In this document: positions 1 through 7,851 of the stretch, piece by piece
How the letters are laid out: each line of letters opens with the position of its first letter
How positions within the stretch are numbered: the first letter of the stretch is position 1
Virus record (IMG/VR): IMGVR_UViG_3300020577_005397
Span: 2,746-66,745 of that record
DNA length: 64,000 nucleotides
Source: a virus
Lineage: Duplodnaviria > Caudoviricetes
Strand: one strand, 5' to 3'
Program-made: the position numbers and the translations under genes
The notes under the pieces: generated by a model
Seen by the model: the letters and a program-made list of their open reading frames with translations, nothing else
Databases searched by the model: none
Told to the model about the DNA's origin: nothing

Positions 1-639
1 GCCCGCAGTGCCCGACGAGGCCGAGCAGGTCAGGCTTGTCACCTGACGAATGCCCATCGTTGCAGCCGGGCTGCCCCCGCCAGGGAAGAAGCGGAACATC
101 TGTCCCACCGTCTCTGCGTTGGCCGGATGTGTGTAGGTCCACGTCCGGTTCGTATTGCCAGCCGCATCTGTGCCCGTAAGGGTCCAGGTAGCAGTCGTGG
201 CACCCGGAGCAGTATAGACTTCGCCAAAGGGCCACACGTTCAGCCCGTTCAGCGGGTCTCGCGCAGCCGTCAGGGTGCCCGGAGTGGTCACGTTCTGGGC
301 CGTCAACGTGGTCGTGTTGAAGCCCGAGCAGGCCCACAGGCGGTCATAGACGTACAACGTGCCCTGCACGCTGCCGACAATGGCCCCCTGGATCAGACGG
401 GACTGCTGTCCACCCGCCGGGTTCGTGAAGTTCCACGCCCCGGTCGTGGCCTTGGTCGGGATGTAGCCGCTGCCCGCAGTGTAGGCAGGCGGGTTTGATC
501 CCGCCACGGGAACAGCCGCCAGCTTCCAGAGGGAGAGGTACGTGCCCGCTCCCTCTGTCGTGGCCGAAGATTTGATGATCTCGAATGCTTGAGCGCCCGC
601 CAGCGCAGCATCCATCTTGGCGGGAGTATCGATAGCCAT
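1..639 (-). CDS. Virion structural protein (fibre/minor tail-like), runs off the left edge
   Basis: Translated by hand: ATG at 639 after a GAGGAGG SD, open to position 1 (MAIDTPAKMDAALAGAQAFEIIKSSATTEGAGTYLSLWK...); Thr/Gly/Ala-rich; absent from the ORF track because it has no stop. Confidence 0.75.
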   Translation of the reverse strand, partial: MAIDTPAKMDAALAGAQAFEIIKSSATTEGAGTYLSLWKLAAVPVAGSNPPAYTAGSGYIPTKATTGAWNFTNPAGGQQSRLIQGAIVGSVQGTLYVYDRLWACSGFNTTTLTAQNVTTPGTLTAARDPLNGLNVWPFGEVYTAPGATTATWTLTGTDAAGNTNRTWTYTHPANAETVGQMFRFFPGGGSPAATMGIRQVTSLTCSASSGTAG

Positions 640-650
640 GTGGCCTCCTC

Positions 651-1292
651 TTAGCCGGAGGTCAGAACCCCGAAGCCGAGCGCATCGAAGGTGATGGCGA
701 AGGTGCCATTCGTAGTGGACTGGTTCGAGCCGAAGTCGATCAGCGCGAGCAGAGGACGAGTGGCATCCGAGGCGGGCGTCCGGTCATAGATGACAGCGTA
801 GCGAGCCGTGATGGTCGAGGAGGTCCACGACGGATCTGCGGCGTCGAACTGAAGGATCGCCACACCGACGTTGGTCCAGACCACAGAGCCATCCGTGACG
901 GTCTGACCCACCACAGTCGGCCACGTCGGGGCCGAGCCCGCTGACGTGCCGCCAACAGTGGCGCGATACAGGTAGCCATTGCCCGCCGAAGGGCGAACGA
1001 TGCGACCCGCCGTGTACGCCGTCGAGGTCGCAGCCGTGGTGGCCCACGAGTTGGCGGCGGTGAGGGTCAGAGTCTTCGACGCAAGCAATGCACCGTTCGC
1101 GGTGTAGCCCGTGCCAGAGACTTCGTTTGCCACCACGTCATCCCAAAAGTCATGGGTGGCGAGGTTCGGCGTGTAGCCCGACCCTACCAGCGCGCAGTAG
1201 ATGTTGTCGCTGAGGAAGTCGATGTTGGGGGTGCCACCGCCTGCGACGGAGCCGAAGGCGTTAGCAATGGCACTCAGATAGAATTGAGCCAT
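651..1292 (-). CDS. Minor virion/tail protein with a PTWPT..TVTDGSVVWT carbohydrate-binding-like insert
   Basis: DDVVANEVSGTGYTANG and FDAADPSW segments resemble phage minor tail proteins; SD present. Confidence 0.65.
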   Translation of the reverse strand: MAQFYLSAIANAFGSVAGGGTPNIDFLSDNIYCALVGSGYTPNLATHDFWDDVVANEVSGTGYTANGALLASKTLTLTAANSWATTAATSTAYTAGRIVRPSAGNGYLYRATVGGTSAGSAPTWPTVVGQTVTDGSVVWTNVGVAILQFDAADPSWTSSTITARYAVIYDRTPASDATRPLLALIDFGSNQSTTNGTFAITFDALGFGVLTSG

Positions 1293-1315
1293 GAGAGATC
1301 TCCAGGCAGTGTGTC

Positions 1316-1678
1316 TTAGGCCGTCTTGTCGGAATGCGAGAAGCCGATCACGCTGACGCCCTTTACGGCGGCATGGAACAGCTTACCGAAACCGATTTGA
1401 CCGCCGAAGGCGACAAGCAGAGCGATGAGCTGGGCCAGGGTCGCGGCGATACCGTCAATGCGTTGCCAGTCGAGTTCGACACCGAAAAGGCGCGCACCGT
1501 AGCCGACCACAACCACAAGCAAGGCAACACCGGCCTGAATGTCCGGGGCCTTGCCGTCCGGGACGAGACCCTGAGACTTGCCGATGTTGATGAGCACAGT
1601 GGTCAACGCGGCGAGGCCGAGCAGCCCGCCAGCGAGCTTGGCGAGATCGAGAAGGATTTGAAGGACTTCTGGGGACAT
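1316..1678 (-). CDS. Holin-like membrane protein
   Basis: 120 aa, about 3 hydrophobic segments, AGGAG SD. Confidence 0.5.
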   Translation of the reverse strand: MSPEVLQILLDLAKLAGGLLGLAALTTVLINIGKSQGLVPDGKAPDIQAGVALLVVVVGYGARLFGVELDWQRIDGIAATLAQLIALLVAFGGQIGFGKLFHAAVKGVSVIGFSHSDKTA

Positions 1679-1681
1679 GGA

Positions 1682-3250
1682 TTACTCCTGAGAGAACTGA
1701 ATGCTTTCGGGGGTTTCTTCGATCACTTCGTAGCCGCCGAACATCTTGGCGACTTTGGGGCTTGGTTTGGCGCGAGTGCCCAGTCCGCGCTCAGAGGTTT
1801 GTGAACGGGCTGTCGGATTCTTAGGCTGGGGCTTGAGCTTGGCCTGCTCTTGTGCGAGCTTCAGCTCCTGCTCTGCGGCCATCGTAGCCTGTACGGCCTG
1901 ATCCTGCGGGGAACCGGGGAACGGCGTGCCCATCTCGGGCTTGGCTTTTTGCGGGGCAGAGGGTTTCTGACCGCTGCCACTTTCACCGTCTTCTGTGAGA
2001 TCCGGTGTGCTGGCAAACGAGGAGGGGATCAGGCTCTTGTCGATGGCAAGCTGCATCGCCTGTTCGAGCGAGATCATGCCTGCGGTGCCCAGCGCCTGGA
2101 TCTGAGCCAGTTGCTGCTGATCGACCGCTAGCTTCTGGAGGTTGTCGCGGTAGTCATTCTCTTCGAAGCCGAAGACCACACGACCGGGGACGACGTTTTC
2201 GTTGATGGCCTGAGCAAATGCGTTCTCCCAGGCAGCGATACCCTTGCCTGATGCCTTGTCGTCGATTACCCGTGCCTGCGCACCAGTGCCGAGAGCACGA
2301 GAAGCGAGAAGTTGTGGGTCAAGATCTTGAGGGTCGAGTCCAATAGCGTTCGCATAGATGAGCGCAGCGCGGCGATACTCCTTCTCAGAGTCGAATCCGT
2401 CCGGCAGTGAAGCGAGTTCGATGGTCTCCATCGTCACGCCCTGGGCCGGATCGATACTCGGGATCACGACGGACCCCATGTAGTAAGCAAGCCCTTCAGC
2501 CGCACGAGCCGTCTTGGCGGTCTCGATAGCCATCAGGGTCTGTTCTTCAGACACGTTGCTGACGAAATTGAGGCTGAGAGGTCTCTGGCCGCTGATCTTC
2601 TCGGTGATGTACTGAGTGATGATCCACGTTCGGTAGATCGCCTCATACGCACGCGAAGCCGCGCAGAGCCCAAGACCGCCCAACGAGTCATCGGGCAGCG
2701 GCATATCGCTGATTGAGATGACCTGCCAGTCCTTGAGGATGTGCTCACGCCCGCTCAGGTCTTGATAGATGACGGGCTGCTGAGGATCGCGGGTTCGAAA
2801 ACAGCGCGAGGAGGGCAGATGGGCAAGTCCGACGATGCGAGATCCACGAGCATTGGAAGCTCGAATGACCTCGATGAAGGCCCCATTGTCGGCCAGCAGG
2901 TAATCGCGCAGATGACGAGAGAGGAAACCGCCCCACCCGCCTCGTCCAACACCGTCCATCAGAAGCTCACGGGCCGCTCGCATCGAGCTTTCGGGGCCTT
3001 TGACCTTCCACTCCTTGCTGGCGATACGCGAGATCGCGGTGTAGACGGACGCCGACCAGAAACTCTCGAAGTGAACGGTGGACGCAAGGGTCTTGTCGCG
3101 TTCCGGGGTCCAGTACGTACCGGGGTCCGGGAGCATCCGACCATTGCCCACGATGCCATTGGGAGACTGCCAGCCGAGCAAGAAGGGACGGCGACCGCCC
3201 TTTTCGTAGTCACCGGCAGTGACTGAGCGTTGGATGACTGAGGTATTCAC
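1682..3250 (-). CDS. Portal protein
   Basis: 522 aa directly after terL with a 4-nt overlap; YLLADNGAFIEVIR and LAHLPSSR segments are portal-like. Confidence 0.8.
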   Translation of the reverse strand: MNTSVIQRSVTAGDYEKGGRRPFLLGWQSPNGIVGNGRMLPDPGTYWTPERDKTLASTVHFESFWSASVYTAISRIASKEWKVKGPESSMRAARELLMDGVGRGGWGGFLSRHLRDYLLADNGAFIEVIRASNARGSRIVGLAHLPSSRCFRTRDPQQPVIYQDLSGREHILKDWQVISISDMPLPDDSLGGLGLCAASRAYEAIYRTWIITQYITEKISGQRPLSLNFVSNVSEEQTLMAIETAKTARAAEGLAYYMGSVVIPSIDPAQGVTMETIELASLPDGFDSEKEYRRAALIYANAIGLDPQDLDPQLLASRALGTGAQARVIDDKASGKGIAAWENAFAQAINENVVPGRVVFGFEENDYRDNLQKLAVDQQQLAQIQALGTAGMISLEQAMQLAIDKSLIPSSFASTPDLTEDGESGSGQKPSAPQKAKPEMGTPFPGSPQDQAVQATMAAEQELKLAQEQAKLKPQPKNPTARSQTSERGLGTRAKPSPKVAKMFGGYEVIEETPESIQFSQE

Positions 3251-4812
3251 AGATTGAGCCTAAGCGCCTCGTAGGCGGCCATGCTGAGAGCAACGGTGAG
3301 GTCGATCTTCATGTATTCCGCTCGCTTCACAATGCGCATCTTCTCGCCCTTGATCTCGGCGTTGGCATTCATGACGTGCTCACGGAGCATCGAATCTCCG
3401 TTGTGAAGGATGCGACCGGAACGAATCAGGTCATACAGGTTCTTGTCTGCGATAAATCGCGTTGCAGATTGATTGAACGGGTTCCACCAGCCCACTCGGC
3501 GCTTCTTCAGACGGGTCGCCATGTCGTGAAGCTGGTACTGGTCATAGGCCCATTCGAGGACTTTGTACTTCTTGTAGATGCGTTGGATCTCAGCCTCGGG
3601 CTCTGCGAAGTCGATCTTGCCGCCCTGGGGCGGATACCACGCCTTGGCGTAGCGTACAACGATCTGATCTTCGGTCTGGTCCTTCTTCGAGCCCCTGACA
3701 CGCTCTACACCGACGATGGCGAAGCAGTCCGAGGACACGCCCGCGTCCACGCCAAACACCAGGGAACGATGGGGCGTGAGGGGTTTGATCCTGCGTTCCT
3801 CAGTTTCCTCGCACGCATCCCACCATTCGATGGGTACAAAGGTCTGTGACGACGAAACCCACTGATTGCGATGGACACGCTGGAACTCTGAGGGAGCCAG
3901 CACTGCCGTCTCTTGTGCGTAGTATTCTGGAGTCTGCCACGGTAGGCGAGGCTGAGTGTTCCAGAGCACGAAAAGACGGGCTGCGTCATTGGCGTACACC
4001 TCCAGATCCGGTGGAGCGTCTGGAAGAGTGAGCTGACGACCCTGTTTGACACCGACCTCGTAGAGCTGTTCGAGGAGAGGGGACTCGCCCGTGAAGCCTG
4101 CGTAGGTCTCTACCCATCGCTGTGAGTAACCGAATTTGTTCGGAGGGAGAGTGGCCTCAGTCCACATGCGCTGCTGGGCCTGCTGATGAGCGCCCCACAG
4201 CTCCGAGAACACGACACCATCGGCGTTCGAACCGGCTTCACCGGACGGGTCAATCGGGATCGACTCGATGAAGGCCGAATTGGGCAGCACGAGCCGGTAG
4301 TTGCGCTGCTTGACGATGTTACGCATGACCGGGTTGAGTTCGATGCCCCGGCGCATATAGTAGCCCACACGAGAGTCGGCTTGCTTCAAGTCGTTGGCGA
4401 CGAGATAAACCGAGCCCCAGGGGGCTCCCCAGGCTCGCCAGAGAGCCACAGCAGCCGCAAGCGTGCTTTTACCGGACTTCTTGATGTCTGACCAGATAAC
4501 CGTACTATACACGAACTTGCCCGCGCTGTCTCTTCGCAGGGCTTCGCGTAGGGCGGCTCGCTGGTACGGGGCCAGATTCATCGGCCCCTTGTTCTCGGGA
4601 ATCCAGAAGTTCTGCTCGATCCACTCGTCCGCGTTCGGATTCCACGGGATACTCTGATTCTTCTGGGCCAGTTGCTGGACCCGTTGCTGAAACAGGTCCA
4701 AACCCTGCTTCGGCGTCAAGTTGCCCAGAATTTCCTGGGGTTGGAGCGGGGAGTTGGTCAAAGGTGTATCCTGCCGCTTCTGCGAGGCTTCGCGCTGTGG
4801 GGTCTCGGGCAA
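3247..4812 (-). CDS. terL: Terminase large subunit (start uncertain)
   Basis: Walker A IKKSGKST, Walker B-like VVFSELW, RNase H-like nuclease motifs GVDAG..D, AYDQYQ and KIDLTVALSMA. Confidence 0.92.
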   Translation of the reverse strand: MPETPQREASQKRQDTPLTNSPLQPQEILGNLTPKQGLDLFQQRVQQLAQKNQSIPWNPNADEWIEQNFWIPENKGPMNLAPYQRAALREALRRDSAGKFVYSTVIWSDIKKSGKSTLAAAVALWRAWGAPWGSVYLVANDLKQADSRVGYYMRRGIELNPVMRNIVKQRNYRLVLPNSAFIESIPIDPSGEAGSNADGVVFSELWGAHQQAQQRMWTEATLPPNKFGYSQRWVETYAGFTGESPLLEQLYEVGVKQGRQLTLPDAPPDLEVYANDAARLFVLWNTQPRLPWQTPEYYAQETAVLAPSEFQRVHRNQWVSSSQTFVPIEWWDACEETEERRIKPLTPHRSLVFGVDAGVSSDCFAIVGVERVRGSKKDQTEDQIVVRYAKAWYPPQGGKIDFAEPEAEIQRIYKKYKVLEWAYDQYQLHDMATRLKKRRVGWWNPFNQSATRFIADKNLYDLIRSGRILHNGDSMLREHVMNANAEIKGEKMRIVKRAEYMKIDLTVALSMAAYEALRLNL

Positions 4813-5113
4813 TCACTTCCAGGGGCACACCGGACGTTTCGATCATGTCCTGGATCTTGCCACGAGCGTCTACTTCGATGGGAGTGGGCACTTTGCCCCA
4901 GCCCCGCTCCAGGATCATCTCAATGGCCTTCTTATCGCCCTTCTCGAAGGCATCCCGGTACAGGACACGCACCAGGGCCTCGACGCGAGTCATCTCGACG
5001 CCCGAGCCCTCGATGATCTCTTCACCGATCTGGCGAAAAAGAGCCGCGAGTTCTCGCCGCCGAGAACGGTTTTGGGGGGTTAGGTCGGTCATCCTGGTAG
5101 TGACATTCCACAC
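4505..5113 (-). CDS. terS: Terminase small subunit (likely ATG at 5092)
   Basis: Upstream of terL; helical RVEALVRVLYRDAFEKGDKKAIEMILERGWGKVPTPIE is typical of small terminases. Confidence 0.7.
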   Translation of the reverse strand: MWNVTTRMTDLTPQNRSRRRELAALFRQIGEEIIEGSGVEMTRVEALVRVLYRDAFEKGDKKAIEMILERGWGKVPTPIEVDARGKIQDMIETSGVPLEVIARDPTARSLAEAAGYTFDQLPAPTPGNSGQLDAEAGFGPVSATGPATGPEESEYPVESERGRVDRAELLDSREQGADESGPVPASRPTRSPAKRQRGQVRV

Positions 5114-5456
5114 GGGCGAGCAGGAAGGCTCCCCAGTAGAGGTGAAAGTGCTCGGGGTGAAACTCGATCCGGTACGGGGAGGCTTCCATGCTGAAGCCTG
5201 GGCGGATCTCGGAACGGTGTTCGATGTGCAGAGGGATCATGGCGCGCAAGGCGTCTTCGATGTGCCAGCGCCAGCGATCAAACGAACTGACCCCGAACTG
5301 GTCAGGAATGTGTTCCTGCCATTCAGGGGCTACTTCGAAGGGGCCATAGACTGGAATGCGATCCATGAGGGGAAGCAGGCCAGGAAGGACATGCGCGGAG
5401 AGAGGGAGCCCATGAGGGGGGAAAGGGGCACGCGCAGGGCAGTCTGCTTCCTTCAC
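5022..5456 (-). CDS. Hypothetical protein
   Basis: Only sizeable ORF between the 5469 -10 element and terS; no clear SD. Confidence 0.35.
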   Translation of the reverse strand: MKEADCPARAPFPPHGLPLSAHVLPGLLPLMDRIPVYGPFEVAPEWQEHIPDQFGVSSFDRWRWHIEDALRAMIPLHIEHRSEIRPGFSMEASPYRIEFHPEHFHLYWGAFLLARVECHYQDDRPNPPKPFSAARTRGSFSPDR

Positions 5457-5468
5457 TGGCCTAGAACA

Positions 5469-5500
5469 ATCTTAGCATACTATTTCCCAAATTTGCGATA
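5469..5500 (-). promoter_or_regulatory. Putative promoter for the terminase/portal operon
   Basis: TATGC-TAAGAT extended -10 in an AT-rich spacer; tandem TCGCAAATT repeat where the -35 should be. Confidence 0.45.
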
Positions 5501-5515
5501 ATTTGCGAATATAAG

Positions 5516-5707
5516 CTAAAGTAAGCCGCGCATCCACAGATATTCGTGGATTTTAGCGGCTTCTAGCGTCTTTCTGCGATTGTAGGTGCGAGAGTCGTGG
5601 CAGTATCCGCACGATCCGTGGTTCCGACAGGATCTGGAGAAGGATTTCGGTCTTCGATATGGCCTTCTCCAGTCCTTTCGGTGGGGATAGAAGTTGTCGA
5701 AGCTCAT
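5516..5707 (-). CDS. Small basic phage protein (RKDWRRPY..SCRNHGSCGYC type)
   Basis: Recognisable SCRNHGxCxxC motif of small phage proteins; ATG at 5707. Confidence 0.75.
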   Translation of the reverse strand: MSFDNFYPHRKDWRRPYRRPKSFSRSCRNHGSCGYCHDSRTYNRRKTLEAAKIHEYLWMRGLL

Positions 5708-5835
5708 AGAGCTGTAATTTCGGCGGGGGGTCTCCAAAACACGCATCCGCAGGCAACGGACTATGGCCGTGCCTTATCTCGGCTGGTGCCCCATGAGATA
5801 CCCCCCCATGTGGTATGAGGCACCGATTGTAGAGC

Positions 5836-5920
5836 GTGAGTAGGTGCCGGGGGCCACGCAGCCCGGTCCTCGGGGTGTCTCCCCCGCGTGCCAGAATGGC
5901 ATTACACTACACCAACTCAC
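5836..5920 (-). ncRNA. Degenerate cloverleaf RNA element
   Basis: GTGAGT-T-GGTG/CACC-T-ACTCAC closing stem with TGCCA/TGGCA, CGGGG/CCCCG and CCGGG/CCCGG arms; no TTCRA T-loop. Confidence 0.5.
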
Positions 5921-5922
5921 AG

Positions 5923-6009
5923 TGGAGGCGGCGGGAATCGAACCCGCGTTTCAGGAGGCCGTGCGGACTCGTCGCCCAGCCGTGCCTACCTGACTGACCA
6001 TTCGCCCCC
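5923..6009 (-). ncRNA. Mini tmRNA-like RNA (tRNA-like domain only, Ala identity)
   Basis: Acceptor GGGGGCG/CGCCTCC+A with G3.U70; stemless D region; helix TCAGG-T-AGGC/GCCT-CCTGA closed by a short hairpin; AAC linker; T arm GCGGG-TTCGATT-CCCGC. Confidence 0.8.
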
Positions 6010-6099
6010 TGGAGGCCCTGCCCCGATTTCAAGTCGGTTGGGGCCTTTCGGGAGAGCATTGCGAGAACCTTCAATTGGAACCCGCTGTCTCTCGCCTGA

Positions 6100-6173
6100 G
6101 TCGCGCAAAGGTATTGACCCTTTTCACTGGCGGGTCTGGGCAGAGACACCAGTGCGTTTCCTAACGGCGCGAC
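6100..6173 (-). ncRNA. 74-nt tRNA-like cloverleaf (non-canonical)
   Basis: 7-bp GTCGCGC/GCGCGAC stem; CGTT/AACG and CACTGG/CCAGTG arms; T-like arm AAAGG-GTCAATA-CCTTT adjoining the 3' strand. Confidence 0.5.
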
Positions 6174-6181
6174 GTTCAAAC

Positions 6182-6406
6182 CTAGTTCTTCACTTCGACG
6201 CTCTCGACTCCTACGAACGAGAGTTTGGTCAGGTCCATGAACTGGATCTTGACCGACTCGTCTTCCACGACCAGGGACTCGATCCGGCCCGACGGCCCGA
6301 GCTTGATCTCCTTGACCGGCTCAGTCCGCTGCAACGTGCCCCGGATCGGCACCCCGTCCACGACCATGACCAGCCGGTACTCCAGGTGAGTCAGCGCCGT
6401 GGTCAC
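6182..6406 (-). CDS. Hypothetical protein (beta-rich)
   Basis: GTG start overlaps the upstream stop (GTGA); C-terminal part of track ORF 6182..6565. Confidence 0.65.
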   Translation of the reverse strand: MTTALTHLEYRLVMVVDGVPIRGTLQRTEPVKEIKLGPSGRIESLVVEDESVKIQFMDLTKLSFVGVESVEVKN

Positions 6407-6720
6407 TTGACCGCTCCCGGAGAGGGCATCCCGAGCCCCAGAAGCAGGTAGAAGATGGTGGACGCGCCCCAGGCGATCAGGAAGCTGTTCAGGTACGGAT
6501 TGACCGCCGGGACATTCAGGGCGACGAAAATGCCCAGCAAGCCCAGCAGGCTCATGATTCGCCACGCGACGACCTCGAAGGTCCAGACCTTCAGGCGAGC
6601 CTTGTAGGCTTCCACCTGGGTCTCGGTGAAGTAGCCGAAGGCTTTGTTCACCATGTCCGGGTTTTGGGACAGTTCATCCAGACGACGCTTTTGTTCGGGA
6701 GTGAGTGTTTCTGTTGCCAT
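6403..6720 (-). CDS. Membrane protein, leaderless
   Basis: Two hydrophobic segments; ATG 6 nt after the -10. Confidence 0.75.
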   Translation of the reverse strand: MATETLTPEQKRRLDELSQNPDMVNKAFGYFTETQVEAYKARLKVWTFEVVAWRIMSLLGLLGIFVALNVPAVNPYLNSFLIAWGASTIFYLLLGLGMPSPGAVK

Positions 6721-6726
6721 GATGTT

Positions 6727-6760
6727 ATCTTAGCACACTTTCTGGCTCTGTCAAGAGCCG
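6727..6760 (-). promoter_or_regulatory. Sigma70-like promoter with the -35 inside an inverted repeat
   Basis: TTGACA-16-TAAGAT; GGCTCT-TGAC-AGAGCC palindrome over the -35. Confidence 0.75.
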
Positions 6761-7053
6761 GTGAGAATGTCGGGCATCCACCCGTCGATAATCGCCTGAC
6801 GGAGCGGGACGCCCGCCGACGAGATCTTCTGATCGGCCTTGCGGCTCTCCTGGAACGCCTTGACCGAGATGTAGGTCATCGTGCTGACCATGAACTCGCG
6901 GCGCTTCAGGCTCCAGTACACCGCCCGGTAGCGGAGCCCTTCGTCGGTCTGGAGCCGGATGAGCAGCCACGGGTTGGGGCTGTTTGGCCTCGCGGACCAG
7001 AGTTGCACCTCCACCGGCACGGGTGGGGTTTTCGGTTTGACTTGCTTAGGCAT
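6751..7053 (-). CDS. Hypothetical protein
   Basis: AAGGA SD; 8-nt overlap with the upstream gene. Confidence 0.7.
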   Translation of the reverse strand: MPKQVKPKTPPVPVEVQLWSARPNSPNPWLLIRLQTDEGLRYRAVYWSLKRREFMVSTMTYISVKAFQESRKADQKISSAGVPLRQAIIDGWMPDILTGS

Positions 7054-7276
7054 AGTCCAGCAGTCCTTCCTTGCTCAGTAGACCCAGCATGTCGTCGGCA
7101 CGACTGAAGCTGTATGGCCCCTCAACATCCACCATGCGTCTCAGGTCCGTCACCCAGACCCTGTAACAGAAATTTTCCAGCTCATAGCGAATGGCGATAC
7201 TGCGCTCCGTGCCGACGATCCGCAGGAAAGGCCGGGAGCGTTGGTCGATCCACTCGATATACAGGAGCTTGTTCAC
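7046..7276 (-). CDS. Small Trp/aromatic-rich early protein
   Basis: GTG with GGAGG SD; C-terminal part of track ORF 7046..7777. Confidence 0.7.
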   Translation of the reverse strand: MNKLLYIEWIDQRSRPFLRIVGTERSIAIRYELENFCYRVWVTDLRRMVDVEGPYSFSRADDMLGLLSKEGLLDYA

Positions 7277-7554
7277 GCTTCTGCCTCCAGCAAGGATTCG
7301 ATGGCTCGTATGGCCGCATCCTCCGTAGGCACCGTCAACTAGACCGTGCCCGAGTCTGGCCTCCAGATCCAGTAGTGCTCCTCGCCCGTGTGGTAGATGA
7401 CTCTTCCCTCCGGGTCTACGTGGCAATCTCGGAGCTGAACCAAGATCCGTTTCTGGAATCCGTTTGCCAATTTTCCGGGCAGATAAAGACTCAGGCCGGG
7501 GGAATGTCTTGGACCCGACCCCTCCGCATACGAGATCTGAGTAATGCACGTCAT
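7273..7554 (-). pseudogene. Paralog of 7551..7814 interrupted by an in-frame TAG at 7339-7341
   Basis: WIWRPDSGTV*LTVPTEDAAIRAIESLLE aligns with WIWKPNDGNCWKTLSTELGVHRAIMDILE (TAG opposite W); the read-through frame ends in TGA overlapping the next GTG. Confidence 0.7.
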
Positions 7555-7814
7555 TGCACCCTTCCTTCCAGTATGTCCATGATGGCTCGATGCACCCCCA
7601 GCTCGGTGGACAGGGTTTTCCAGCAGTTCCCGTCATTGGGCTTCCAGATCCACCAGTTCTTCTTGTTCCCCGCAAACCGCCCTCCGCGCTTTGTCCCGTT
7701 GCGGCGCTCAATGACGATTTCAGGACAGTAGCCGGTGTCCCCGAACTCGCGCTCCAGCGAGATGGTGAGTGCCCCAAACGCGGGCAGATAGGTGATCTTG
7801 GTGATCTTGCGCAT
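7551..7814 (-). CDS. Small Trp-rich early protein, leaderless
   Basis: ATG 7 nt after TATAAT. Confidence 0.75.
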   Translation of the reverse strand: MRKITKITYLPAFGALTISLEREFGDTGYCPEIVIERRNGTKRGGRFAGNKKNWWIWKPNDGNCWKTLSTELGVHRAIMDILEGRVQ

Positions 7815-7821
7815 GGAGGCC

Positions 7822-7851
7822 ATTATACAGCAGGCGTGCTACTCGTGTCAA
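7822..7851 (-). promoter_or_regulatory. Sigma70-like promoter
   Basis: TTGACA-18-TATAAT with TG extension. Confidence 0.8.

Noticed and set aside
5750-6180. Full-length or permuted two-piece tmRNA with a tag (GGC GAG AGA = GER near 6095)
   Set aside because: The TLD is closed by its own hairpin, the resume context lacks the UA consensus, and no short frame ending in ALAA-like residues plus stop exists
7339-7341. Genome-wide amber recoding or a suppressor tRNA
   Set aside because: Several well-bounded genes end in TAG (6182, 11653, 13798, 14239) and none of the cloverleaves has a CTA loop
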